From IMG/VR virus record IMGVR_UViG_3300037755_000591, positions 1 to 64,000 of that record: a stretch of 64,000 bases of DNA, one strand, 5' to 3'. Positions 1 through 9,872 of the stretch are shown here, one piece after another (positions within the stretch are counted from its first letter, which is position 1; every line of letters starts with the position of its first letter). The position numbers and the translations under genes were made by a program. Source of the stretch: a virus. Taxonomy: Duplodnaviria > Caudoviricetes. A model generated the notes under the pieces. It was not told the DNA's origin. It did not search any database and worked only from the letters and a program-made list of their open reading frames with translations.

Positions 1-61
1 TGGCTCTATGCCTATCTCCAACGATCAGCGGCTTCGCCGACATCCCCACAAATCGACGGGT

Positions 62-263
62 AGGACATACGTTCTGTTTCCATATGTAATATAATATATT
101 ATTACTCGTGATAATGAGTGTTATCACTGGGTAATGTAATCTAGCTATTCATAGTTACTGTCTTTTATTCGATTTGTAGTCATAGTCTTATTTGTGAATG
201 CATTCACAAATAGAACATGCATTCCATATAACCTCACTGGTAACATATCAGCACATATGTTCA
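62..263. promoter_or_regulatory. Three LexA (GAAC-N4-GTTC type)-like boxes
   Basis: GGAC-ATAC-GTTC (63-74), GAAC-ATGC-ATTC (213-224) and GCAC-ATAT-GTTC (251-262), each one mismatch from GAAC-N4-GTTC. Confidence 0.4.
189..212. repeat. Perfect 24-bp palindrome
   Basis: TATTTGTGAATGCATTCACAAATA equals its own reverse complement. Confidence 0.9.
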
Positions 264-882
264 GGTTATTAAGGATTATCGGGAGATATTCACGGAAAAT
301 GGCTATTTAAAGCCAATTCGAGTGTGTAATAATCGATATAAGAATACCTATCATCAGAACAAAATACTGTACTATAGTACTATATATAATTCTACCATTA
401 TCGTTTAACCTATAGGTAAGCATGAAAACACCTTAACAATTGAATAGTAAACCTTGGTCTACTCATAGGCGTAATGGCGCTATACGTAGCGGTATAGTTG
501 CCATCCACCAACAGTTGACATGTCCTGTTGATGTGGTCTAAGTCTTGAGTGTATCGGCTTTAACGACAGTTATAATGGCTCTCATTAGGCGATTATAAGT
601 CTGCATTGGCATAACCGAGCGTGGTTGCGGACAAACCGCACACTTTACCAGTGTAATCCACTAGGGGAAACGATATGAGTACGATTATGAGCGACTAGGA
701 CAATTTACAAATAGCATAATACTGGCATACTTAAAAAACAGATTTTAGAGTGCGCTTATTTAAGGCTATATAAAGCAAAAACAGCCGTTTTAAGGGCTGT
801 TTTAGGTATTACACACAAATAGATTATAACACAATCAAAAACGCGAAAATAGGCGCTTAAACGCCTAGAAAGTGATAACACA

Positions 883-1824
883 ATGAATAAGGCTATAGTC
901 AGCATTGCTATCTTATCGGCCATTGCCTTTATTGTTGCTATCGTGGCAATGTTAGCGGCCATGGCGTTATGCATAGGTATAGTGTTTTTGGCATGGCGCT
1001 ATAGAGGTAAAATACAGACAATTGGCAACAACATAATCGGACTATTACGCCATTGTTGGCAATTTTCCGCACCATTTTTAGTCGATTTTATGCAATGTGT
1101 AGTTAATGATATGTTCCCCGCTTTTTGGGCTGATATGATGCGATTAAAGCGTATAGGCTATATTGTCGGCTTATCATTGCCATTAATCAGCATTGTATTA
1201 ATCAATATGCTGTTATCTGCCAGAAAAAAGACAGCTAAAATCGAGCTAAAAACTTTTGTCGAAAGTTTGTCAGCAGAATCGGCAGAATCACCCAATGCTG
1301 ATATTGAGAATATAGAAAGGTATCTATTCGAGCCGACATTTTTAGCGAATCTGGCCTATGATGATTGCACGCCGATTCAGCTAAAATTAACTGAATTAAT
1401 CGCCTATAACCCTGCCGATGATACGGCAAAATACATCGAATCTGATGTATTGAATGCCTTCGATGATTTAATGCAAATCATCAAATTTAATGGTCGGCAT
1501 GGAATTGTAACGTCAATTGACGATATTCGAATCCATGCCTATGTGATTCAAGTGGCCAACCTGTTCACAAAAGCGTTAACAGAAAAACAAGCGGCATTAA
1601 TTGACGCTTTGTGTAGTAGTGATATTGAGCGCGTAGAATCAATGCATGAAGAGTTACGCGACAAGCGCTATAGCCTAAAATCATGGGAAGATAGGAATCG
1701 CTCAAAATTCACCTATGCAAGTAACAACGATGCGTTAAAAGAATATCGTGAACGCATTCAACAGGATCATCGTGAATTGCACGGAAACATTGAACGAAAC
1801 GACCTGCCAGAATGGGCATACTAG
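883..1824 (+). CDS. Membrane-anchored hypothetical protein
   Basis: 313-aa ORF with strongly hydrophobic N-terminal segments (IVSIAILSAIAFIVAIVAMLAAMALCIGIVFLAW) and a soluble helical C-terminus. Confidence 0.6.
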   Translation: MNKAIVSIAILSAIAFIVAIVAMLAAMALCIGIVFLAWRYRGKIQTIGNNIIGLLRHCWQFSAPFLVDFMQCVVNDMFPAFWADMMRLKRIGYIVGLSLPLISIVLINMLLSARKKTAKIELKTFVESLSAESAESPNADIENIERYLFEPTFLANLAYDDCTPIQLKLTELIAYNPADDTAKYIESDVLNAFDDLMQIIKFNGRHGIVTSIDDIRIHAYVIQVANLFTKALTEKQAALIDALCSSDIERVESMHEELRDKRYSLKSWEDRNRSKFTYASNNDALKEYRERIQQDHRELHGNIERNDLPEWAY

Positions 1825-1841
1825 AAAAAGGAAACTCAAAA

Positions 1842-2819
1842 ATGAATACTCAAATGTCTCTATTTGACACAAACGACGATAAACCAATTAAAGCCAAGAA
1901 AACAAGCCAAAATTCACAAATTGGCATGTTCTCGCAGTCTGAAATAGCACAGTTTGGCGTAAAATCAAATCCACGCAAAATTGAAGCGCCTAATGCCAGT
2001 CTTGAACTTTTTCGCCAAAATGCAGACGGCAAAACAGACGAACAACTAGCCAATGAAGCGGCGGCCAAGCGTCAATTGCCAATGACAGAAAAACCGCCAA
2101 AAAATGTACACCTAGATGTTACAAACCCATACCGCGCCAAAATTCGTAATGAGCGACTACTCAATAAACGGGATTCGCAGCGTCGGAAAGATGGCTTAAT
2201 TAATTTGAAGTCTATTAACGCCATTGTCCGATATTACCGCGCTAATCCTACACTTGATCGCGACCTAGCAATGAGTGACGCGGAAAAAAGCATTGTTGAA
2301 GCGCATAAGGAAATAAAATACTTGCTCCAACAAAAAATTGATACACCTAGCAAGGCGGTATTGTTGCCTGAAAACTTAGCACTTCAACGCCGATGGATTT
2401 TATCAGCGCAAGATACTATTATCGCCTTGCGTGTACTTCAATCTGAAGATAAGCCGATTGAAGATAAGCCGATTGAAGATAAGCCGATTGAAGATAATTT
2501 TATAATCGGTGAATCTATCAGCATAGAATTATCGGGCTACATTGACGGCGGTTATGTTACTGTCAAAATGCTACACGCCACAATTAAGGCGGTAACAGAT
2601 AAGGCAATACAAATCGAGTGTGCAAATCAAAAACGCGCTTATACGCTTTGGATACCGAAACGCGCCTTAAAGGTCGATAGGCACGGTAGTTACGACTTGG
2701 CAAAATGGTTTAATCCTGATAAATACGGGCGCTGGTTTTTGTCTGAATTTGCCACCTATTCGAGCGTGTCCGAAACTGGTTTCGCTAGCACAACAGCACC
2801 CGTCAAAATAAAAGAATAA
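1842..2819 (+). CDS. Hypothetical phage protein with N-terminal clamp-binding-like motif
   Basis: AAGGAA RBS before ATG 1842; starts MNTQMSLFD; internal EDKPI x3 repeat. Confidence 0.65.
   Translation: MNTQMSLFDTNDDKPIKAKKTSQNSQIGMFSQSEIAQFGVKSNPRKIEAPNASLELFRQNADGKTDEQLANEAAAKRQLPMTEKPPKNVHLDVTNPYRAKIRNERLLNKRDSQRRKDGLINLKSINAIVRYYRANPTLDRDLAMSDAEKSIVEAHKEIKYLLQQKIDTPSKAVLLPENLALQRRWILSAQDTIIALRVLQSEDKPIEDKPIEDKPIEDNFIIGESISIELSGYIDGGYVTVKMLHATIKAVTDKAIQIECANQKRAYTLWIPKRALKVDRHGSYDLAKWFNPDKYGRWFLSEFATYSSVSETGFASTTAPVKIKE
2445..2498 (+). repeat. 15-bp in-frame tandem repeat (EDKPI x3)
   Basis: GAAGATAAGCCGATT three times, followed by a partial GAAGATAAT. Confidence 0.95.
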
Positions 2820-2906
2820 CGCTAAAAATGAAACTATCCCCTCAATTGTTGGGGGGATAGCTGCTACTGGACATAGCGCAGATATTGTACACTTGGAGGT
2901 ACAAAA

Positions 2907-3248
2907 ATGGAAAGCATCAACGGAATCAGATTTTATAAATGCAAAGGGTCTCATTGGTTTGTCAAAACGTCACAATTACCAGTGAACGCCGATGCAGACG
3001 GCTATGATAAATCGGTTGAAAAAATTCACATCGACTATATTAAAAATCATGGATGGATGGTAACCAACAGATTCGCACGGGATAGCGACATCGTTTTTGA
3101 TACGCTGGCAGAGGCCAAACAATTTATAGTCGATATGTACCGGCCACAAGGAACACCAACGCCAACCGATGCAATGATCGCAAAACGTCAAAGTGACATG
3201 TTCCGCGAACTCATCCAAGTAATGATTGATAGAGATAAACAGGCTTAG
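2907..3248 (+). CDS. Hypothetical protein
   Basis: GGAGG RBS; 113-aa ORF. Confidence 0.6.
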   Translation: MESINGIRFYKCKGSHWFVKTSQLPVNADADGYDKSVEKIHIDYIKNHGWMVTNRFARDSDIVFDTLAEAKQFIVDMYRPQGTPTPTDAMIAKRQSDMFRELIQVMIDRDKQA

Positions 3249-3249
3249 T

Positions 3250-3269
3250 TATTTGCATCAATGCAAATA
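3250..3269 (+). promoter_or_regulatory. 20-bp palindromic site, copy 1
   Basis: TATTTGCAT-CA-ATGCAAATA, perfect 9-2-9; 1 nt after stop 3248 and directly before an RBS. Confidence 0.8.
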
Positions 3270-3287
3270 GGGAGATAAAAACCAACC

Positions 3288-3554
3288 ATGTACCACAAAA
3301 TCACAACCGACAATTTTATAAAAGCCGTTTCGTATCGTTGGCATCGTGGCCGGTGGCGCGTCAAAATCGCCTTTATTCAGGACGGCAAGAAACGGACTCG
3401 CATGTTCAAGTTAAGCCCCAAGCGCTTCACCGACCCCCACGACGCATGGCGAGAAGGAAAGGCTACACAAGTAACCTATAACGGCGGCGACTGGTACGAC
3501 GCAGACGACGGACTCGTTTTTATCCCGCCCACCGCGCAGAATTATCTGCATTAA
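3288..3554 (+). CDS. Hypothetical protein
   Basis: GGAGATAAAA RBS; 88 aa. Confidence 0.6.
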   Translation: MYHKITTDNFIKAVSYRWHRGRWRVKIAFIQDGKKRTRMFKLSPKRFTDPHDAWREGKATQVTYNGGDWYDADDGLVFIPPTAQNYLH

Positions 3555-3596
3555 TCAAATCTGCAATGAAATAGCCAAACGGAGATAAAAAACCTC

Positions 3597-6500
3597 ATGC
3601 CATACGAATACAAGCAAAAAGACGGCGAAACAATCACCAAGTATACAAACGTCGAAACCGCGAAATTCATTCGAAAACACCTCAAGGAAACCTACCCGAC
3701 AATTAAGTTTTCGGTTAAATGCGCCTCCTATAGTGGGGGCGCAACCCTCAAAATCCGATGGACAGACGGCCCCAGCTTGGAGCAAATGGAAGCCGTTCAA
3801 GAGCGTTTCCGTTCGGGGAGCCGCGTACATGATCCATATTCGGATTATGGCGGATATACCACCAGCTACACACACACCATCAAAGGCGAATTAGTGCAAT
3901 ATGAAACCTGTACCGTGAGCGGGGTTCCAGACTTACAACGCGATTACACACAGGAATTTATTGAACAATTCGCTGATACCTACGCACAAGATAACGGACT
4001 CCGCTATACAGGGAGCCGTTTTTCTGAGTGGAGCGGATTCACGCCCGAATTTGAATCATTGACAGGGCGAAACGCCTATGAAACCAACCAATTAACACAC
4101 AAATTCATTGATAACTTAGGCAAAATTAGCGCCTTGACTCCCAACGTCAAAAAATCCTTGGACTTGTCCACACCAGCAAATAGCGACGGCCCCACCATCG
4201 GCGAATACAAAAACAAGCCTATCTTGACATTACCAACAGACGGGAAACCGTTTAGTTTTGGCAAATCCAAAGCCCAAGCGATTTTAAACAATCAAGAATT
4301 AATCGAAACCTTTGTGAATGGTGGCGCTTCGACTCATATCAGCAAATATAAAGGGTTTGACGTGTTGACCCTACCCGATAGCAGCAATTTTAAGTTTGGC
4401 AAATCCAAGGCCAAAACTATTTTGCAATATTGGGACTCCATTGTCGCCTTTATCAACGGGGAAACCCTACCCGCCACCGCGGCCCCATCCACTGAGGAAC
4501 AACCAACCGAGTCAGCACCACCGGCCACGGACTCGAAACTTGCCGATAAATTACGCATCCTTGCCGACAAGATGGAATCCGCCATTGAAGCCAAGCTAAA
4601 CCCCGCCATCGGGGAACAACGCCGCACCGCCCGACGCGAACGAATCGCCGACTCCATGTACCAAGACGGTTTGACACTCAAAAAGACACAAGCCGCGCTT
4701 CGAATGCTGGCAGATCGACACGAACAAAACGACTGGACTCTATTCCTACGCAACAACGGACACGACTACCCGAATCTAGTTGGCTTATTGCAAGCCCTCA
4801 CCAGTCGGGCCGCCGTGCATGATGTCATTACCTCGCAAAAATACCCATCGGAACGCCTAGAAAAAATGGGAATCTCCCAAACCGCATTAGGACACGTCCG
4901 GGATGCTATCAATAAAATGATCGAGGGTAATATACCCGCACCTGAAACCAACAAAGAGCGGGAATTGAAGGTAGCACTTCGAAAAGCCTACGATACAAAA
5001 ATTGACGGCTTCTTTCCGACTCCATCATTTTTCGCTGAGTTTATGGTGGGTGAAGCCAAGATCAAATCTCACCACACCATTTTAGAGCCATCGGCAGGCG
5101 TTGGCCACATTGCCGACGCGATACAAGCAACCCACCCCACGAATGAACTAGATATTTGTGAGTTTTCGCCGATGTTAGCAAATATCCTGCAAATGAAAGG
5201 CTATGATGTAACCGAGCGCGATTTTTATAATCTGTCAAAACCATATGATAGAATTATCATGAATCCGCCATTTGAACAGCATCAGGACATCGACCACGTT
5301 AGACGTGCTTATGATTTGCTGAATCCGAATGGGCGACTCGTGGCCATCGTTAGCGCAGGAAGCATCGACCATAACGGCATGAGCCGACGCAAAAAAGTAC
5401 GCGACTGGATGGAATGGTTAGATAATCGCAATGCGGAAATAAATCGCATTACGAGCGACGACGGCAAGAGTCTATTTTTGCAATCCGAAAAACCGACATC
5501 GGTATTTACCTATTTAATCATCATCGACAAGCCCGACACGGAGACCAGTACAGCAATGAACCAAACAACACCAGACGAAACGCCAAGCAATGGCGAAAAA
5601 ACGTGGACACTTGTTTTTACTTCAACCAGCAAAACAACAGAAGGATGGACAGCACACCAACGATATACACACTATGAAACCATAACAGGGACTCAAAAAC
5701 GGGCGATTGAATGGGGAAAAAGTATTGCCAAAGAGCGCGGCTGGACTTACAACGCCATCGGCCCTGCTAATCCTCAACTATGCCGCACAGAATGGGAGAC
5801 TCAAGAGCGGCAGCGGTTGCTAGAGAATCCTACCACCCCCAACCGGCCCCGCTTTGCCATCGGGGATAAAGTTCAGTTTGACGGCTTTTGGAAGTATTAC
5901 AACGACAACGAAACCGCCAATGTTATCGACGTTCGCCTAGTCGGGGATCGTTTCGAATACTACCTTGAATACACATTCCGACAAAAAGCCGTCCGCAAAT
6001 TGCACCCCGCGCAAGACTTGAAACACTTTCAGCCAGCCGAAGCCGATACAGACGGCTATGGAAGCGAAGACTATCCCAAACGGTATAAAATCGAGGCCAT
6101 GTATATCGAATGGTCTGAGTCTAGCATCGCCAAAACCGCCGACACTCAAACCTTATTTACCGATGTAGACGAATTTAACAACCATCTACGCGCCATCGCT
6201 CACAGCCATGACTCCAACGGCGGCTACTACAAGACTCAAGTAGTCGTTTGCTTCGAAGATGGAAACAATTACGGATGGCGGATGGACTTGAATACTAAGT
6301 ATTATGCGAATCCCGACATCAAGAAGGAATTTCGCGATATATGGGAACGGAAAGCGGGACTCCATCTGGAACACGGGAAAACCTACCGCGAAACCTACCC
6401 GTATATCAACCACGCCAAACGACTAGAAGCCCTCGCTAACTTGGCCAAGTATGATCTTGGCCAAGTTGAACCCGAACCCGTGGCCGAAGACACCGCACCC

Positions 6501-6842
6501 CAACCGCCCAACGAATCAGCCGATAAACCAGAGATTCGCCTAGTCGGTTTTGACACGCAAACCCGCGCAGGACGGCTAGAAGCCGTGGCCGTTATCGAGG
6601 CAGAAAACCACAAAGGCGAATTAGTCACCAAACAATTACGCCTTGGCCAAAGCCTGTACGATGTTACCAAAAATCCCGCCCACACGGGCTATCACCTAGA
6701 CCGCGTGGAAGAGGGATTCGGCGACATCGAATTTTCAAATGGCGTTGTGATTGCAATCTCAAAAGACACGACTCCACCAGTCGATACAGATGAGCCACCA
6801 CCTGCTAAAAGGCCGGGCGTTATCCAATTATCGCTAATTTGA
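3597..6842 (+). CDS. Large polyvalent protein: LPD29-like N-terminus, duplicated small domain, N6-adenine DNA methyltransferase, SH3-like domain, LPD25-like domain
   Basis: FFPTP / ILEPSAGVG / IIMNPPF methyltransferase motifs; IRKHLKETYPTIKFSVK..YSGG..IRWTDGP (LPD29-like); IEWSES..GYYKTQVVVCFEDGNNY..RMDL (LPD25-like). Confidence 0.8.
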   Translation: MPYEYKQKDGETITKYTNVETAKFIRKHLKETYPTIKFSVKCASYSGGATLKIRWTDGPSLEQMEAVQERFRSGSRVHDPYSDYGGYTTSYTHTIKGELVQYETCTVSGVPDLQRDYTQEFIEQFADTYAQDNGLRYTGSRFSEWSGFTPEFESLTGRNAYETNQLTHKFIDNLGKISALTPNVKKSLDLSTPANSDGPTIGEYKNKPILTLPTDGKPFSFGKSKAQAILNNQELIETFVNGGASTHISKYKGFDVLTLPDSSNFKFGKSKAKTILQYWDSIVAFINGETLPATAAPSTEEQPTESAPPATDSKLADKLRILADKMESAIEAKLNPAIGEQRRTARRERIADSMYQDGLTLKKTQAALRMLADRHEQNDWTLFLRNNGHDYPNLVGLLQALTSRAAVHDVITSQKYPSERLEKMGISQTALGHVRDAINKMIEGNIPAPETNKERELKVALRKAYDTKIDGFFPTPSFFAEFMVGEAKIKSHHTILEPSAGVGHIADAIQATHPTNELDICEFSPMLANILQMKGYDVTERDFYNLSKPYDRIIMNPPFEQHQDIDHVRRAYDLLNPNGRLVAIVSAGSIDHNGMSRRKKVRDWMEWLDNRNAEINRITSDDGKSLFLQSEKPTSVFTYLIIIDKPDTETSTAMNQTTPDETPSNGEKTWTLVFTSTSKTTEGWTAHQRYTHYETITGTQKRAIEWGKSIAKERGWTYNAIGPANPQLCRTEWETQERQRLLENPTTPNRPRFAIGDKVQFDGFWKYYNDNETANVIDVRLVGDRFEYYLEYTFRQKAVRKLHPAQDLKHFQPAEADTDGYGSEDYPKRYKIEAMYIEWSESSIAKTADTQTLFTDVDEFNNHLRAIAHSHDSNGGYYKTQVVVCFEDGNNYGWRMDLNTKYYANPDIKKEFRDIWERKAGLHLEHGKTYRETYPYINHAKRLEALANLAKYDLGQVEPEPVAEDTAPQPPNESADKPEIRLVGFDTQTRAGRLEAVAVIEAENHKGELVTKQLRLGQSLYDVTKNPAHTGYHLDRVEEGFGDIEFSNGVVIAISKDTTPPVDTDEPPPAKRPGVIQLSLI

Positions 6843-6855
6843 ATTAATGCAAATA
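6836..6855 (+). promoter_or_regulatory. 20-bp palindromic site, copy 2
   Basis: AATTTGAAT-TA-ATGCAAATA overlapping TGA 6840-6842; followed by hairpin 6855-6879. Confidence 0.8.
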
Positions 6856-6904
6856 ACGGCTGGCATTGTGTCAGCCGTTCCTATCCATTAGGAGGTTTGA
6901 CCAT

Positions 6905-7210
6905 ATGAAAACTCAACACATACCAGCACTATCTATCCGTAGTTCAATAACTTGGCGTATCGTTTTCATTATCGCCTTGATCGTGGTTGCCAGTGTGGTA
7001 TTGCTGGCAAACCTTAATCAGCCCGACACCGTCCCCATTTGTGAAATATCCTATGAAGCGGTAACTATCGTGCATCAGTGCGATACACAGCCAACACTGC
7101 ACTATTTCACATCAGCCGTAACTGGTGAGAACACCATCACCGTGAACGGAATCGCCTACGACGCGACTCGCGTCATCACCATCGACCTGACAGGAAATAC
7201 TAATGAATGA
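6905..7210 (+). CDS. Small membrane-anchored protein
   Basis: AGGAGG RBS; TM segment IVFIIALIVVASVVLLA. Confidence 0.55.
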   Translation: MKTQHIPALSIRSSITWRIVFIIALIVVASVVLLANLNQPDTVPICEISYEAVTIVHQCDTQPTLHYFTSAVTGENTITVNGIAYDATRVITIDLTGNTNE

Positions 7211-7397
7211 AACATTTTCCGATTGTCGGACTGATGATGGAGTCACCATCGGTTTAATTGATGCAATCATTACCATGTGCCGACTGTTGATAAACCGAGA
7301 CTTATCAACCGCTGATGTGATCGAAGCCCTGAAAGACATTGCCAACGACGAAGACTTTAACCAACTCGAAACCATCCTGAAAAACTATCAAGATTAA
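7203..7397 (+). CDS. Hypothetical protein
   Basis: CAGGA RBS; overlaps the upstream stop; 64 aa. Confidence 0.5.
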   Translation: MNETFSDCRTDDGVTIGLIDAIITMCRLLINRDLSTADVIEALKDIANDEDFNQLETILKNYQD

Positions 7398-7424
7398 CTC
7401 ATTCCCTGAAAGGAACCCCAAACC

Positions 7425-8237
7425 ATGTACTTTTATAACGCACGCTTTGAACCTGAGAAACTTGTCGCCACCTTCGAGAACGATACACACAGCATCGAGG
7501 TAGTTATTCCACACACCGCCGGCCCCCGCCTGAACCTGAAACAGCACGGCAAACCCGTAACCCTGCTATCTACCGCCGCCCGATTTTTGGAAACAGACGG
7601 CACATTCCCCCGCTGGTATGGTCGCACATTGAAATGGTATGGTGATGGAGAACATGTTAGTAAAACCCCGCTGTCGGCAGTGGAATCACTCTATCAACAA
7701 GCCTACCACGTCGCCAAGCGATTTTTGCCTTATGACGTGGTTATGCCGCATAACCTTGTATATTATGCTGGCATCAACACCGACCCAAGCGATTATGTTG
7801 ACAACATGCAAGACATGATCGAGATAGATAACGATGAGACCCGCCACGCACTTGAGTCCCAGCTTCAGGATCAATGGTTGAATGCCTTTCATGAAACCCT
7901 CGAAAAGTTTCTTGGCTATTACGGCATGAAGGCAGTAGAAATTCGACTCCCGGGCCTTCCAGAAATCCCTGTCTACAAAATCAAGACAGACGGCAAACGC
8001 GGCTGGAAGCAAATCGCAGCGCTGTTAGTCCGCAAAACCACACACAACGAATTAAGCGCCTATGACAACGAACGAACCGCCCTACGCGATTTAGGCTATG
8101 GTAGCTATAAGGCCATGGTATTGATGTACATCCGTGAAGCATTCAGTCTCACCAACATCAGCGCAGGAGCCTATTTTGAAGAAGCCCTACGCGGACAGCA
8201 AGAAATTAATCCCCTGACAATCACTGTGAACGCCTAG
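7425..8237 (+). CDS. Hypothetical protein
   Basis: 270-aa ORF; AAGGA RBS. Confidence 0.6.
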   Translation: MYFYNARFEPEKLVATFENDTHSIEVVIPHTAGPRLNLKQHGKPVTLLSTAARFLETDGTFPRWYGRTLKWYGDGEHVSKTPLSAVESLYQQAYHVAKRFLPYDVVMPHNLVYYAGINTDPSDYVDNMQDMIEIDNDETRHALESQLQDQWLNAFHETLEKFLGYYGMKAVEIRLPGLPEIPVYKIKTDGKRGWKQIAALLVRKTTHNELSAYDNERTALRDLGYGSYKAMVLMYIREAFSLTNISAGAYFEEALRGQQEINPLTITVNA

Positions 8238-8307
8238 TCAGAATTTTCAATTACCGGTAGTTAGCAATCTCGCTAGCTACCAATTAGCCACAACAGGAGA
8301 TAAAATC

Positions 8308-9375
8308 ATGGCTAAGAATATCAACAACATGTCCGAATTGACCAAAACTATCTTGTTCACGCTCTATTGTATGAGCCAAGAATTTTCCGATTTTGACCCG
8401 TTTGCGAAATATCGCAAAACCGACGACAAATTGTATTATGCAGATGTGCAAATCGTCGCTGCAAAAGTTTTTGGCGCAAAGTCCACCCGCGTCCACCGCA
8501 ATGCATTGGCGGATCGTGGTTTAATCGTCCGATATAACGGCGATAGAATCACCATCAACGACACGGGACGTACACAAGCCAAACAGTACAAGAACGTCCT
8601 TGTCCCGAAAATGGCGGACTGGATCACCAACCAAATTGTTGAGGTACAGACAACCACAACTCGTGAGTTCAATTTGTCCTTTCTGTCCAAGTTGTATCTA
8701 TACCTCACTACTGCCATGAGCATTGAAGACACAGATGTTTTTGCAGACTTTCGTTATGGCGACGGCTTCATTGGGCATACAGGTGTCGTGAAGATTGCCA
8801 AGTCGGTCTACAGCAAACTCGTAACGGGCATTCACCGAAATATCTTGATTGACCTAAAATTGATCGAGGTCGATGGCCACAATCACGGTGTTGTGAAACC
8901 AACCGACAAAGGCCTTGAATATGTCAAAAACGAACTGGTTTTAATCTTTGCTGAACCCTTGCGCGAGTATCGGGATCGACATACCAGTGACAACACCGCA
9001 CCAGAATACGCTGAAGGTGATTTTGTTCTGTTCTATTGTATGGATCACGATTGTGAACACATTGGACGCATAGACAATGTAGATAAGTTCACTGCCAGCT
9101 ATGGCTATGACATCACAGAAGTCTATTCAGGCAAAATCTATAGAATCTTCAGCGAATTTAACGACATCAAACGGCTAGCCAGCCTCGAAGAACTCAAGGA
9201 AGCTGCTACCTGTTCAATGTATCATGACATTCAGAAACGAATTAATGAACTTGAAAAAGTTGACACCGCACCATTAACGCGGGTCAAGACCTACTTCTAT
9301 AACAACCAACTGATGTTCGGCGACATCGCCGCCGACATGGAGTGGGTAATCCAGCAGTTGGAATCCCGCCTGTAA
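8308..9375 (+). CDS. Putative DNA-binding protein, two winged-HTH-like repeats plus SH3/KOW-like domain
   Basis: Repeated pattern HRNALADRGLI..ITINDTG / HRNILIDLKLI..VKPTDKG; YAEGDFVLF..IGRIDNV. Confidence 0.55.
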   Translation: MAKNINNMSELTKTILFTLYCMSQEFSDFDPFAKYRKTDDKLYYADVQIVAAKVFGAKSTRVHRNALADRGLIVRYNGDRITINDTGRTQAKQYKNVLVPKMADWITNQIVEVQTTTTREFNLSFLSKLYLYLTTAMSIEDTDVFADFRYGDGFIGHTGVVKIAKSVYSKLVTGIHRNILIDLKLIEVDGHNHGVVKPTDKGLEYVKNELVLIFAEPLREYRDRHTSDNTAPEYAEGDFVLFYCMDHDCEHIGRIDNVDKFTASYGYDITEVYSGKIYRIFSEFNDIKRLASLEELKEAATCSMYHDIQKRINELEKVDTAPLTRVKTYFYNNQLMFGDIAADMEWVIQQLESRL

Positions 9376-9393
9376 TTTGAATTAATGCAAATA
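9374..9393 (+). promoter_or_regulatory. 20-bp palindromic site, copy 3
   Basis: AATTTGAAT-TA-ATGCAAATA overlapping TAA 9373-9375; identical to copy 2. Confidence 0.8.
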
Positions 9394-9427
9394 ACCCCGC
9401 TGATCGAGGGCGGGGTTACCTTTCTTT
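9392..9427 (+). terminator. Rho-independent terminator
   Basis: TAACCCCGC / GCGGGGTTA 9-bp stem followed by CCTTTCTTT. Confidence 0.65.
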
Positions 9428-9475
9428 GAGGGCTGTTAAGCCATAACGCACACTTATTTTAACAAGGGGTTTAAA

Positions 9476-9730
9476 ATGCGCTACTTTTTTGTACGGATCG
9501 AATGCAATGACGTGATCGACATCAATGAACTGGTGGATGAGAGTGAAATGTTTCTGGTAGCCGAAAACCTGCATACCATTAACTTTTTAGGTCGCCAACC
9601 AGAACATACCCACTATTTTTCCATTCATACTGAGGACGACATTCAGATATTGGTGGATAGTGCGGATACGCTTCCGACAGATGCGATAATCGACCTTGCC
9701 GTTGAGACCGTGAGCGGATTTTTATCCTAA
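9476..9730 (+). CDS. Hypothetical acidic protein
   Basis: AGGGG RBS; 84 aa. Confidence 0.55.
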   Translation: MRYFFVRIECNDVIDINELVDESEMFLVAENLHTINFLGRQPEHTHYFSIHTEDDIQILVDSADTLPTDAIIDLAVETVSGFLS

Positions 9731-9739
9731 TACTTATTT

Positions 9740-9766
9740 GGCCGGATACACTTCCGGCCTTTATTT
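9740..9766 (+). terminator. Rho-independent terminator
   Basis: GGCCGGA-TACACT-TCCGGCC followed by TTTATTT. Confidence 0.65.
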
Positions 9767-9792
9767 AAGTCTAAAAATATCTTTGAAATTTC

Positions 9793-9830
9793 TTGCTACA
9801 ACCTAGCCGTTTTATGGTATAATGGCTAGG
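9793..9830 (+). promoter_or_regulatory. Sigma70-type promoter for the helicase gene with flanking inverted repeat
   Basis: TTGCTA-18-TATAAT with TGn extension; ACCTAGCC (9801-9808) / GGCTAGGT (9823-9830) bracket the -10. Confidence 0.6.
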
Positions 9831-9872
9831 TCTACCCCGTTCACATTTCAGTAGACAAATGGAGATACTACC

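Noticed and set aside
1-42. Leftward gene starting at ATG 42 (MSAKPLIVGDRHRA..)
   Set aside because: Only 14 codons are visible, with poor RBS spacing; it cannot be supported from this window.
883-1824. XpaC-like or superinfection-exclusion assignment
   Set aside because: Only a vague topological resemblance; no motif I can defend.
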